Counted from the first letter of the stretch, positions 8,915 through 17,775 are shown. The stretch is DNA of 56,846 nucleotides from Candidatus Faecimonas gallistercoris (GCA_018712565.1 DVGU01000030.1:1-56846); one strand, 5' to 3'. Notes: generated by a model not told the origin, from the sequence alone. A program made the numbers and translations.

Positions 8915-11413
8915 ATGAAATTATTAAGAAAATTATTTGATCATGAGTATAAAGAACTAAAAAGATTTGAAGTTCTAGCGGATAAAGTAATGGACTTAGA
9001 TGAAGAATATTCTAAGTTAACAGATACAGAATTAAAAGGAAAAACAGAAGAATTTAAAGAAAGATTACAAAATGGTGAAACTCTAGAAGATATTTTACCT
9101 GAAGCTTTCGCAACAGCAAGAGAAGCATCTTTTCGTGTATTAGGTGAAAAACATTTCTACGTCCAAATATTAGGTGGTCTTGCGATTCACTATGGTAATA
9201 TTGCAGAGATGAAAACCGGTGAAGGTAAAACGCTAACTTGTGTACTTCCAGGATACTTAAATGCTTTAACTGGAGAAGGAGTACATGTTATTACAGTTAA
9301 TGAATATCTAGCTTCTCGTGATGCAAAGTGGATGGGAGATATTTATAGATATTTAGGTTTAACAGTAGGTGTTAATGCAAGAGATTTAAGTGCTAAGGAA
9401 AAACAAGAAGCATATAACTGTGATATTTTATATTCTACCAATAATGAAATTGGATTTGATTATTTAAGAGATAATATGGTAATTCATAAAGAAGAAAGGG
9501 TACAAAGACCATTAAATTTTGCAATTATTGATGAAGTTGATTCTGTATTAATTGATGAAGCAAGAACACCATTGATTATTTCAGGTGGTCAAATGAAAAA
9601 TGCTAATTTATATATAGATGCAGATAATTTTGCAAAAAGTATAAAAGAAGAAACTGATTATGTATATGATGAAAAAACAAAAGCTGTAACACTAACTGAA
9701 ACAGGAAGTGAAAAAGCAGAAAAGAAATTTCATGTTAAAAATCTTTATGATATTGAAAATGCCTCTTTAGTACATTATATTAATCAAGCATTACGTGCAA
9801 ATTATGCCATGAAAAAAGATGTTGATTATGTAGTTCAAGATGATGAAGTAGTAATTGTAGATCAATTTACTGGACGTTTAATGAAAGGACGTGCTTATTC
9901 TGACGGACTTCATCAAGCGATTGAAGCTAAAGAAGGAGTAACTATTAACCAAGAAACAAAAACATTAGCTACTATTACTTTCCAAAATTTATTTAGGATG
10001 TATAAGAAATTATCTGGTATGACTGGTACTGCTAAAACAGAAGAAGAAGAGTTTAGAAATATTTATAATATGTATGTTATAGAAATTCCAACTAACAAAG
10101 AAGTAATTCGTATCGATGCACCAGATTTAGTATATGCCACCAAAGAAGCGAAATACAAAGCAATTATTAATTTTGTAAAAGAAAGATACGAAAAAGGACA
10201 ACCAGTTTTAATTGGTACAATTGCAATTGAAACAAGTGAATTAATAAGTGATTTACTAAAAAAAGCACATATTCCACACGAAGTATTAAATGCAAAAAAT
10301 CATGCTCGTGAAGCAGAAATAATCTCTAAAATAGGTCAAAAAAGATCAGTAACCATTGCTACTAACATGGCTGGTCGTGGTACCGATATAAAATTGTCAG
10401 ATGAAATTAGAAATTTAGGTGGATTATGTGTTGTTGGTACGGAACGCCATGAGTCACGTCGTATTGATAATCAGCTACGTGGTCGTTCTGGTCGTCAAGG
10501 AGATCCTGGATATACACAATTCTTCGTGTCAATGAAAGATGATTTAATGGTACGTTTTGGATCAGATAGAATCGGTGAAATGATGAAATCCATGGGATTA
10601 GGAGATCAAGCAATTCAAAGTAAGACTTTTACTCGTTCAATTGGAACTGCTCAAAAGCGTGTAGAAGGAAATAATTTTGATATACGTAAACAATTATTAC
10701 AATATGATGATGTAATGAATGATCAAAGAGAAATTATGTATGCAAAAAGAAATAGAATTTTAGATAGTGAATCAATTCATGAAATGGTTTTAGATACATT
10801 CCGTCATCATATAGAAGATTTAGTAAAATCACATTTAGCACCAGAAGGAGTATTAGAAAAAAAAGACTATGAAGAAATAACAGAATATGTAAATGAAAAT
10901 TTATTAAAAAATGATATAAAACTATCTGAAATTAATAAAAAATCAGAAGAAGAAACAATAGATATATTAGTAAAGAAAATTACAACAGAATATGAAAGTA
11001 AAATAAAAGATATTCCAGAAGAAGTAACAGATGAATTTGAAAAAGCTATAACATTACAAGTAGTTGACAATTATTGGATGGAACATATCAATACCATGTC
11101 ACATTTAAGAGAAGGAATCCATTTAAGAGGATATGCTCAAGAAGATCCACTTCGTGCATATACAATGGAAGGGTATGATATGTTTGATGATATGTTACAA
11201 AAAATTGATAAAGATGTAACAACGTTCCTATTAAGAGCAGAAATCAAACAAAATATTGAAAGAAAAGAAGTTTCAAAAAAGAAAATAACTAATGATGGAG
11301 GAAAAGAACCAGCAAAAAAAACACCAAAGAGAGTAAAGAAAATTGGTAGAAATGAACCATGTCCATGTGGTAGTGGTAAGAAATATAAACAATGCTGTGG
11401 AAAAAACGCATAA
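8915..11413 (+). CDS. secA: preprotein translocase ATPase SecA
   Basis: 832 aa. MKTGEGKT Walker A, DEVDSVLIDEARTPLIIS, C-terminal Zn motif CPCGSGKKYKQCCG. Confidence 0.98.
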   Translation: MKLLRKLFDHEYKELKRFEVLADKVMDLDEEYSKLTDTELKGKTEEFKERLQNGETLEDILPEAFATAREASFRVLGEKHFYVQILGGLAIHYGNIAEMKTGEGKTLTCVLPGYLNALTGEGVHVITVNEYLASRDAKWMGDIYRYLGLTVGVNARDLSAKEKQEAYNCDILYSTNNEIGFDYLRDNMVIHKEERVQRPLNFAIIDEVDSVLIDEARTPLIISGGQMKNANLYIDADNFAKSIKEETDYVYDEKTKAVTLTETGSEKAEKKFHVKNLYDIENASLVHYINQALRANYAMKKDVDYVVQDDEVVIVDQFTGRLMKGRAYSDGLHQAIEAKEGVTINQETKTLATITFQNLFRMYKKLSGMTGTAKTEEEEFRNIYNMYVIEIPTNKEVIRIDAPDLVYATKEAKYKAIINFVKERYEKGQPVLIGTIAIETSELISDLLKKAHIPHEVLNAKNHAREAEIISKIGQKRSVTIATNMAGRGTDIKLSDEIRNLGGLCVVGTERHESRRIDNQLRGRSGRQGDPGYTQFFVSMKDDLMVRFGSDRIGEMMKSMGLGDQAIQSKTFTRSIGTAQKRVEGNNFDIRKQLLQYDDVMNDQREIMYAKRNRILDSESIHEMVLDTFRHHIEDLVKSHLAPEGVLEKKDYEEITEYVNENLLKNDIKLSEINKKSEEETIDILVKKITTEYESKIKDIPEEVTDEFEKAITLQVVDNYWMEHINTMSHLREGIHLRGYAQEDPLRAYTMEGYDMFDDMLQKIDKDVTTFLLRAEIKQNIERKEVSKKKITNDGGKEPAKKTPKRVKKIGRNEPCPCGSGKKYKQCCGKNA

Positions 11414-11475
11414 AATAAGGGTTTTCGAGGGTTTTAAAAATTAAAAAATTACAAAAAATAGTCAATTTGTTTCCA

Positions 11476-11556
11476 TTTTGTTTCCAAAATTAGGAAAGAT
11501 GTTACCAAAATATCGGAAAAGCCTTATAAAATAAGGAAACAATTTTGGAAACAAAA
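11476..11556. repeat. perfect 16-nt inverted repeat TTTTGTTTCCAAAATT / AATTTTGGAAACAAAA with a 49-nt spacer, plus extra GTTTCC/GGAAAC copies
   Basis: Read directly. Arms at 11476-11491 and 11541-11556. Additional TTTGTTTCC at 11466-11474 and AAGGAAAC at 11533-11540. Confidence 0.8.
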
Positions 11557-11726
11557 AGTTAGCGTTCGTTTGCTAGCTTTTTTGTTAAATATAACTTCAT
11601 TTACATAAAGTAAGGAGTTGTGTAATAAGGAAAGTAAATGCGATAAAAAATGTAAGCTACTAAACTGACGATTATCAATACATACTTTAATTTAATTTTG
11701 TGATAGAATTATCTTGAGGTGATACG

Positions 11727-12128
11727 ATGAAAAAAATGAATGTAATAGTAATTTTTAACAAAGATATGACACATACATTAATGTGTAAACGTACAAAAGA
11801 TCCTTATATGGGAATGTATAATCTCGTTGGTGGGAAAATTGAAAAAGAAAATGATGGGTTAAACGAAGCTTATCGTGAACTCTACGAAGAAACCAATATA
11901 AAAAAAGCCGATGTTGAGTTAGTTTACTTCATGAACTTATCATATGTAAAATGGGGAAAAGAATTAGAAGTGTATTATGGCGTATTAAATAAAAATGTTA
12001 CACTTGTAGAAGAAGTGAATAAACTGGAATGGGTTCCAATTAATGATGATTTCTTTGATATGAACAAATATGCTGGTGAAGGAAATATTGGTCATATAAT
12101 TGAAGAGATAAAAATAGATATGAAATAA
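11727..12128 (+). CDS. NUDIX hydrolase
   Basis: Nudix box GGKIEKENDGLNEAYRELYEETN. 133 aa. GAGGTGA SD. Confidence 0.8.
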   Translation: MKKMNVIVIFNKDMTHTLMCKRTKDPYMGMYNLVGGKIEKENDGLNEAYRELYEETNIKKADVELVYFMNLSYVKWGKELEVYYGVLNKNVTLVEEVNKLEWVPINDDFFDMNKYAGEGNIGHIIEEIKIDMK

Positions 12129-12143
12129 AAGTTGAATAAATAA

Positions 12144-12178
12144 AAAATAGCTTTTTGTAACAGACAAAAGCTATTTTT
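12144..12178. terminator. bidirectional intrinsic terminator after the NUDIX gene
   Basis: AAAATAGCTTTT..AAAAGCTATTTT stem flanked by an A-run and a T-run. Confidence 0.65.
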
Positions 12179-12292
12179 ATATGTTCTATAATACCGCTTT
12201 GAACTAACAAACTGCTAAAGTTAAATCACCAATATGTATATTTTGACATACATTTTCTGCCTTATATTTTCATAGTTGCAGTTACCGATTTC

Positions 12293-12386
12293 TTGCAATT
12301 AATAATACAATAATGTATAATGAGACTGTAAATAGAGTTGTTGGATAAATTGTGAGCGAATGCACACAATGTTTCCTTTTTATTTT
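12293..12386 (+). ncRNA. candidate short transcript: strong promoter plus intrinsic terminator with no ORF
   Basis: TTGCAA (12293-12298), 17-nt spacer, TATAAT (12316-12321). Hairpin ATTGTG-GC/GC-CACAAT (12349-12370) followed by a T-rich tract. No coding potential. Flanked by a 14-nt perfect inverted repeat. Confidence 0.25.
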
Positions 12387-12522
12387 CAAAATATAAGGCA
12401 GACATAGTACCGATAGTACTATAAATACCACAAATATTTTTATTACCAGTGCCACAAAGCCTTGAAATACCAGTAATTACGTAAATAACATAAATACTAT
12501 AAATACTTGGATTTCTTGAACA

Positions 12523-12570
12523 TGCGGTTCGGGAAAGAAATATAAGAATTGTTGTGGAAAGAACGCATAA
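12523..12570 (+). repeat. orphan copy 2 of the secA 3' end (candidate att core)
   Basis: TGCGGTTCGGGAAAGAAATATAAGAATTGTTGTGGAAAGAACGCATAA encodes CGSGKKYKNCCGKNA*, versus CGSGKKYKQCCGKNA* in secA. An in-frame TGA lies two codons upstream. Similarity continues past the stop. Confidence 0.8.
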
Positions 12571-12724
12571 ATAAAGGGAAAAATTAATATTAATAAAATT
12601 AAAAATTGGTTCGGATTTTTATGAAATGTCCACCAAATATTAAAAATATGTAGTAAAATAAGGGTGTGAACAAGTATCTAATTTGTTGACACCCTTTAAT
12701 TTAATAGAATGGAGGTAATAATTA

Positions 12725-13609
12725 TTGAAAAAAGATTTAGTAACAACAGAAATAGTCGTTAAAGAAAATAAAGTGGGAATATTAAGAGTAGGAAATGTTA
12801 ATTATATTTCACTAACAGACTTAGCAAGGTATCAAAATTCAAGTGCTCCATCTTTTACAGTAAAGAACTGGTTAAGAAGAATTAATACTATAGATTATAT
12901 TGGTTTGTGGGAAGAAATCCATAACCAAGATTTTAATTTGGTCGAATTCGACCAAATTAAAACTGAGTATGGTAGAAACTCATTTGCCATGTCACCAACA
13001 CAATGGATAAAAAGAACTAACGCCATAGGTATTATTTCAAAAGGTGGAAGACATAGTATAGGAACTTATGCTCATCCAGATATTGCTTTTGAATTTGCAA
13101 GCTGGCTATCTCCAGAGTTTAAATTATATTTAATAACTGAATTTGAAAGATTAAAAGCAAATGAAGCATATCAAGAAAAGATGGATTGGCAAGCTAACAG
13201 AATATTAGCAAAGTTAAATTATGTAGTTCATACAGATGACGTTAAGGTTTATATAGTTCCACCACTTACAGAAGCACAAAAGAAATTTGTTTATGCTGAA
13301 GAAGCTGATGTTTTAAATGTGGCACTATTTGGTATGACAGCAAAAGAATGGAGAGAAAGCAATCCAGAACTTGCTAAAAATGGAAATATTAGGGACTATA
13401 CAGATTTACTTCATCTAGTAATATTAAATAACTTGGAAAATACAAATGCTGAATTAATAGAAGCCAAAGTTCCGCAAAATGAAAGATTAGTTAGACTTAA
13501 TAATTCTGCAAGAAGGCAAATGAAAGTGTTAAAAGATAATAAAAACATTAAGGGTTTAGAATTATTGCAAAAACAAATTAATGAAGATAATAATTTAATA
13601 GCTAATTAA
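12725..13609 (+). CDS. KilA-N domain-containing DNA-binding protein
   Basis: TTG start 9 nt after a GGAGG SD. The N-terminal ISLTDLARY...YAHPDIAFEFASWLSPEFKLYL pattern is typical of KilA-N. Confidence 0.6.
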   Translation: MKKDLVTTEIVVKENKVGILRVGNVNYISLTDLARYQNSSAPSFTVKNWLRRINTIDYIGLWEEIHNQDFNLVEFDQIKTEYGRNSFAMSPTQWIKRTNAIGIISKGGRHSIGTYAHPDIAFEFASWLSPEFKLYLITEFERLKANEAYQEKMDWQANRILAKLNYVVHTDDVKVYIVPPLTEAQKKFVYAEEADVLNVALFGMTAKEWRESNPELAKNGNIRDYTDLLHLVILNNLENTNAELIEAKVPQNERLVRLNNSARRQMKVLKDNKNIKGLELLQKQINEDNNLIAN

Positions 13610-13612
13610 TGA

Positions 13613-13648
13613 AAAGTATTGACAATCACATTCGTCAATACTTTTTTC
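13613..13648 (+). terminator. intrinsic terminator after the KilA-N gene
   Basis: AAAGTATTGAC / GTCAATACTTT perfect stem, followed by a T-run. Confidence 0.7.
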
Positions 13649-13682
13649 TGTAAAATAAAATAGATTAAAGGAGAGTGATAAA

Positions 13683-14497
13683 ATGATTAGTATAAGAAAA
13701 AGAGGAAGGGTTTATCAGTATTGTTTTGAGGCAGGAAAAGTAAATGGAAAAAGAAAGTAAATAACTAAATTTGGGTTTAAAATAAAAAATGAAGTCTTTG
13801 CTGCAGGGCAAAAAGCATATAATGAATTTATTAATGGTGAGAATACCACAGAATGTAATATGTTATATTCTGATTATCTAGATTACTGGATGAAAGAATA
13901 TTTTGAAATAAATTATAAGTATTCAACAGCCAAAAGATATAAAGAATCGTTTGATAAAACAAAGAAAGATGGTATTTGGGTACAACAAAAACAACAGGTA
14001 GTTGCAGAGAAGTTTATATTTGTGATACCTTGCATTCAATGTTATATGATTATAAAAACTTACAAAATAAATATAGGAAAGAATATGGAAAAAAGTATAA
14101 ACGATATATTATAGAAGAAGTGAGAAATAAGTATGGTAAGTTAGTAGAATATAAGATAATTCAAAGTAATATTAAAAGAAATTATATTAAAATGGTATTT
14201 ACTAGGAAAGATGGAACATATTCAGGAACAGATATTATAAAATATCCATTTAAAATTATTCATCACGAATTAGGAGTTAATTGTAGATTTTATGATTTAA
14301 GAGGAAGTTTTGCCACTATTAGTTTAAGAAACGGATGTGAAATAAAAGATATTGCTGAAGTGTTAGGACATAAAAGCGTTGAAACTACTGAAAAAAATTA
14401 TATTTCGAGTTCAAACGAAACACTGAAAAGTACAATTAAAAACTTTGAGAATAATATCCAATCTGACGTCATTAATAATATTATTAAATACAAATAA
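13683..14497 (+). pseudogene. tyrosine site-specific integrase, decayed (premature stop, frameshift, internal deletion)
   Basis: MISIRKRGRVYQY... Arm-binding N-terminus. In-frame TAA at 13758. Frame change near 13976. The C-terminus keeps YDLRGSFAT...LGHKSVETTEKNYI, but the region that would carry the first catalytic Arg is missing. Confidence 0.75.
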
Positions 14498-14549
14498 GTA
14501 GTTGACTAGTACTACCGATAACGGTACAATATATAGTGAGGTGATAACT

Positions 14550-15476
14550 ATGAAGTTTATGACTACAAAAGAAGCTGCAGAGAAATGGGAGATTAGCGAG
14601 AGAAGAATTAGACAATTATTAGAAGAAGGGCGAATCGAAGGAGCTATAAAGAATGGCAATAGTTGGAATATTCCTGATTATGCTATAAAACCAGTAGATA
14701 AAAGAAGTGTTAAACCAGATAATAAAGTGTTTATAATTGACTTACCAGTGAATTTTTTTGATAAAGTAGATAATATGAAGAAAGAATTAGATAGTAAAAG
14801 ACCATTTCCAAAACAGACGTTAAGGACATTAAAAGAGTCCATTAATTTAGAGTGGACTTATAATAGTAATGGAATAGAAGGTAATACATTAACATTGAGG
14901 GAGACACAAGTGGTTTTAGAAGGAATTACTGTTGGTGGTAAAACATTAAAAGAACACTTAGAAGCAATTAATCATGAAAAAGCAATTCTTTATTTAGATG
15001 ATTTAGTGAAAGAAAAAAATCCTATTACTGAATGGAATATAAAGAATATTCACAGATTAATTTTAAAAGATATTGATGATAAAAATGCTGGAAGATATAG
15101 GACAGAAAATGTAGTGATTAAAGGCGCAGTTCATGTTCCACCAGATTATTTAAAAGTACCAGAGTTGATGGAAAAATTAATTGTAAATTATCACTCATGG
15201 AGTTCATATCATCCAATTATAAGAGCAGCATTACTTCATGGGGAATTAGTTAAAATTCATCCTTTTGTTGATGGGAATGGTAGAACATCAAGATTACTCA
15301 TGAATTTAGATTTAATGAATCATGGGTTTAATCCAGTAATAATAAAAAAAGAAGATAGATTAAAATATTACGAAGCTCTAGATAAAGCACACACAACAGG
15401 TAATTATACAGATTTTATTAAATTAATAACTAAATTGGAAGTAGAAATATTAAAGAAATATTTAGAATTATTATAG
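14550..15476 (+). CDS. Fic-domain protein (AMPylase family) with an N-terminal HTH
   Basis: Canonical HPFVDGNGRTSRLLMN motif. N-terminal MTTKEAAEKWEISERRIRQL HTH. SNGIEGN matches the [ST]xxxE[GN] inhibitory helix. ATG 14550 follows a GAGGTGA SD. Confidence 0.85.
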   Translation: MKFMTTKEAAEKWEISERRIRQLLEEGRIEGAIKNGNSWNIPDYAIKPVDKRSVKPDNKVFIIDLPVNFFDKVDNMKKELDSKRPFPKQTLRTLKESINLEWTYNSNGIEGNTLTLRETQVVLEGITVGGKTLKEHLEAINHEKAILYLDDLVKEKNPITEWNIKNIHRLILKDIDDKNAGRYRTENVVIKGAVHVPPDYLKVPELMEKLIVNYHSWSSYHPIIRAALLHGELVKIHPFVDGNGRTSRLLMNLDLMNHGFNPVIIKKEDRLKYYEALDKAHTTGNYTDFIKLITKLEVEILKKYLELL

Positions 15477-15486
15477 GAGAAGTTTT

Positions 15487-15735
15487 ATGAAACAAGAATC
15501 GTTATTATTAGATATGCATTTACACTCTGAATATTCAAAAATTAATAAACCTAGAAAATCTAAAAAATTAAAATCTATGACAACAAAAGAATATGTAGAA
15601 ATTCTTTTAGATAAAAAAGTAAAAGTATTTAGTATAACGGACCATAATTACTTTTCTAAAAGTTATTATGATGAAATAGAAAAATATAATTTTGAAAAAG
15701 AAATAAATTTTGAAAAATTATTACGTGTTTATTAA
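15487..15735 (+). pseudogene. truncated PHP-domain gene remnant (N-terminal 82 codons only)
   Basis: DMHLHSEYS and SITDHNY PHP-type metal motifs. The ORF ends after 82 aa. Such N-termini normally lead into much larger proteins. Confidence 0.5.
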
Positions 15736-15873
15736 ATTTAGCCTTGTCTGTTAAAGTAAATATAGAAGATACTATTGAAGAAAAGACTGAAGCAGAAGAT
15801 AACCTAGTAAAACTAATTATTAGTATAAAAGATAATTATGGAGGAGGTTATGTAAAAGATAAATTAATTGGAA

Positions 15874-16402
15874 ATGAAAAAAATTTTATTCTATAATGAT
15901 GAAGAAGGAAATATTAAAGTAGAAGTATTACTTGAAATGAAGATGTTTGGTTAAATACGGAAACATTATCAACCCTTTTTAATATTGATAGAAGTGGTAT
16001 TGTTAGACATATTAATAATATTTATAAAGACGATGAATTAAGTGAAAATAGCACATGTGCAAAAATTGCACATGTAGGTAATGATGGGAAACAAACCTAT
16101 AATACAAAATATTATAATCTTGATATGATTATCTCTATTGGTTTTAGAGTTAATTCTAAAAAGCCATTAAATTTAGAGTTTGGGCAAATAAAACAATTAA
16201 AGATTATATGGTTCAAGGTTTTGCTTTAAATGATGAAAAATTCGTGAAGGAGAGAAGGTCTGATCAAGAATATTTCAAAAGATTACTTGAAAGAATAAAA
16301 TTAATTCATACAATTGAAAGAATGTTTTATCAAAAAATAATTGATATATTGTTAAAATATAGTATGATTATATCAGTGAACGAATGTGGAAATTGTCTAT
16401 AA
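15874..16402 (+). pseudogene. RhuM-family protein gene, frameshifted and truncated
   Basis: MKKILFYNDEEGNIKVEVLLE..DVWLNTETLSTLFNIDRSGIVRHINNIYKDDEL...YYNLDMIISIGFRVNSKK... is spread over at least 3 frames. Confidence 0.65.
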
Positions 16403-16527
16403 TCTGTTCAAAAGTAGTAATCTTTATAACATTATCAATGCAATAAATATAAAAAGCAAGTTGACCTTATATTTCAAAATGAACACGTAAAATTATAAAT
16501 ACCCATAATCATTTAATCTGAATAATT

Positions 16528-16569
16528 TGTGGTTCAGATAAAAAATATAAACAATGTTGTGAAAAGTAA
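16528..16569 (+). repeat. orphan copy 3 of the secA 3' end (most diverged; candidate displaced original end)
   Basis: TGTGGTTCAGATAAAAAATATAAACAATGTTGTGAAAAGTAA encodes CGSDKKYKQCCEK*. An in-frame TGA lies three codons upstream. Confidence 0.7.
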
Positions 16570-16575
16570 ATGAAG

Positions 16576-16609
16576 GATGTAGATAAAATTTAATGTCTGC
16601 ATCTTTTTT
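16576..16609 (+). terminator. intrinsic terminator directly after the vestigial secA end
   Basis: GATGTAGA / TCTGCATC 8-bp stem (one G-U pair), followed by TTTTTT. Confidence 0.6.
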
Positions 16610-16648
16610 CTATAATTGATGTTATAATGAAAATAGGAGTTGATATAT

Positions 16649-17725
16649 ATGAGTAAGCCTAAAAAATTAAATAAAGGTGACAAAGTAGCAATTGTAAGCC
16701 TATCTAGTGGAATTCTTGGTATGCCATACTGTGAACATGAATTAAAAATTGCTTTGAAAAGATTAGAAGAAATGGAACTTGTTCCAGTTATTATGCCAAA
16801 TGCATTAAAAGGTGTAGATTATATAAAAAATCATCCAGAGGCAAGAGCTGCCGATTTAAAACAGGCCTTTATGGATAATAGTATAAAAGGAATAATATGT
16901 GCTATTGGAGGCGATGATACTTATAGAACCATTCCTTATTTAATGGAAGATAAAGAGTTTGTTAAAGCAGTAAAGAATAATCCTAAAATATTTACCGGAT
17001 TTTCAGATACAACAAATAATCATCTTATGTTAAACAAATTAGGATTATCTACATTTTATGGTCCCTGCGTAATAGTTGATTTAGCAGAACTAGATAAGGA
17101 TATGCTTCCATATACAAAAGAACAATTTTATAAATTCTTCTCAAATGATTCAGATTATGAAATTACATCAAGTCCCATTTGGTATAAAGAAAGAAAAAGT
17201 TTTGGAGTAGAAGAAATAGGAACACCACGAGAAGTACAACAAGAACAACATGGATATGAAACATTGAATGGACGTGGTATCGTGTCAGGAAAATTATATG
17301 GTGGTTGTATTGAAAGTATTTATGATGCTTTTACAGGTAATAGATATGGGGATGAACCACAGATTTTTGAAAAATATAAAATATTCCCAACTGATGAGGA
17401 ATGGAAAGAAAAAATATTATTTTTAGAAACTTCAGAAGAAAAACCAACACCAGAAGAATTAGAAAAGATGTTATTAGAACTAAAAAATAGACAAATATTA
17501 AGTCTAGTCAAAGGAATTATTATTGGAAAGCCACAGGATGAACAATACTATGAAGAGTACAAAGAAATATATAGAAAAGTATTTAAAGATTTAAATACAC
17601 CTGTATTATATAATATTAATTTTGGTCACTCAGTTCCAAGGTGTATAATTCCTTATGATGTAGAAGCTACTATAGACTATGATAATAAACGTATATTCAT
17701 TAACAGTCAAATTTTAGAAAATTAA
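16649..17725 (+). CDS. S66 family LD-carboxypeptidase (MccF-like)
   Basis: KGDKVAIVSLSSG, GFSDTT (nucleophile Ser) and NFGHSVP (His) motifs. ATG 16649 follows an AGGAG SD. Confidence 0.75.
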   Translation: MSKPKKLNKGDKVAIVSLSSGILGMPYCEHELKIALKRLEEMELVPVIMPNALKGVDYIKNHPEARAADLKQAFMDNSIKGIICAIGGDDTYRTIPYLMEDKEFVKAVKNNPKIFTGFSDTTNNHLMLNKLGLSTFYGPCVIVDLAELDKDMLPYTKEQFYKFFSNDSDYEITSSPIWYKERKSFGVEEIGTPREVQQEQHGYETLNGRGIVSGKLYGGCIESIYDAFTGNRYGDEPQIFEKYKIFPTDEEWKEKILFLETSEEKPTPEELEKMLLELKNRQILSLVKGIIIGKPQDEQYYEEYKEIYRKVFKDLNTPVLYNINFGHSVPRCIIPYDVEATIDYDNKRIFINSQILEN

Positions 17726-17742
17726 AAAATAAATAATTACAT

Positions 17743-17775
17743 AAAGTATTGACAATCATTGTTAATACTTTTTTG
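17743..17775 (+). terminator. intrinsic terminator, related in sequence to the one at 13613
   Basis: AAAGTATTGACAATCA...TTAATACTTTTTT. Confidence 0.6.

Noticed and set aside
11461-11560. GTTTCC repeats as a possible CRISPR array
   Set aside because: There are only four short (6-16 nt) units in an inverted arrangement, with no regular repeat-spacer periodicity. No CRISPR-like array was seen anywhere in the window.
12234-12275. 13-codon hydrophobic ORF (MYILTYIFCLIFS) as a type I toxin next to the candidate small RNA
   Set aside because: It has no SD, is very short and shows no supporting features. In AT-rich DNA such ORFs arise by chance.
13860-14497. Two listed ORFs (13860-14114 and 13976-14497) as separate genes
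   Set aside because: They are overlapping frames of one decayed tyrosine integrase gene that starts at 13683. They are reported as a single pseudogene.
15736-15896. Short frame (..NIEDTIEEKTEAEDNLVKLIISIKDNYGGGYVKDKLIGNEKNFIL*) as the C-terminal remnant of the truncated PHP-domain gene
   Set aside because: The idea is plausible, but I cannot tie it to the PHP fragment without a homologue alignment. It is in a different frame and has no recognisable motif.
16208-16402. 64-aa ORF as an independent gene
   Set aside because: Its sequence (MVQGFALNDEKFVKERRSDQEYFKRLLERIK..) is the middle part of the frameshifted RhuM-family gene that starts at 15874.
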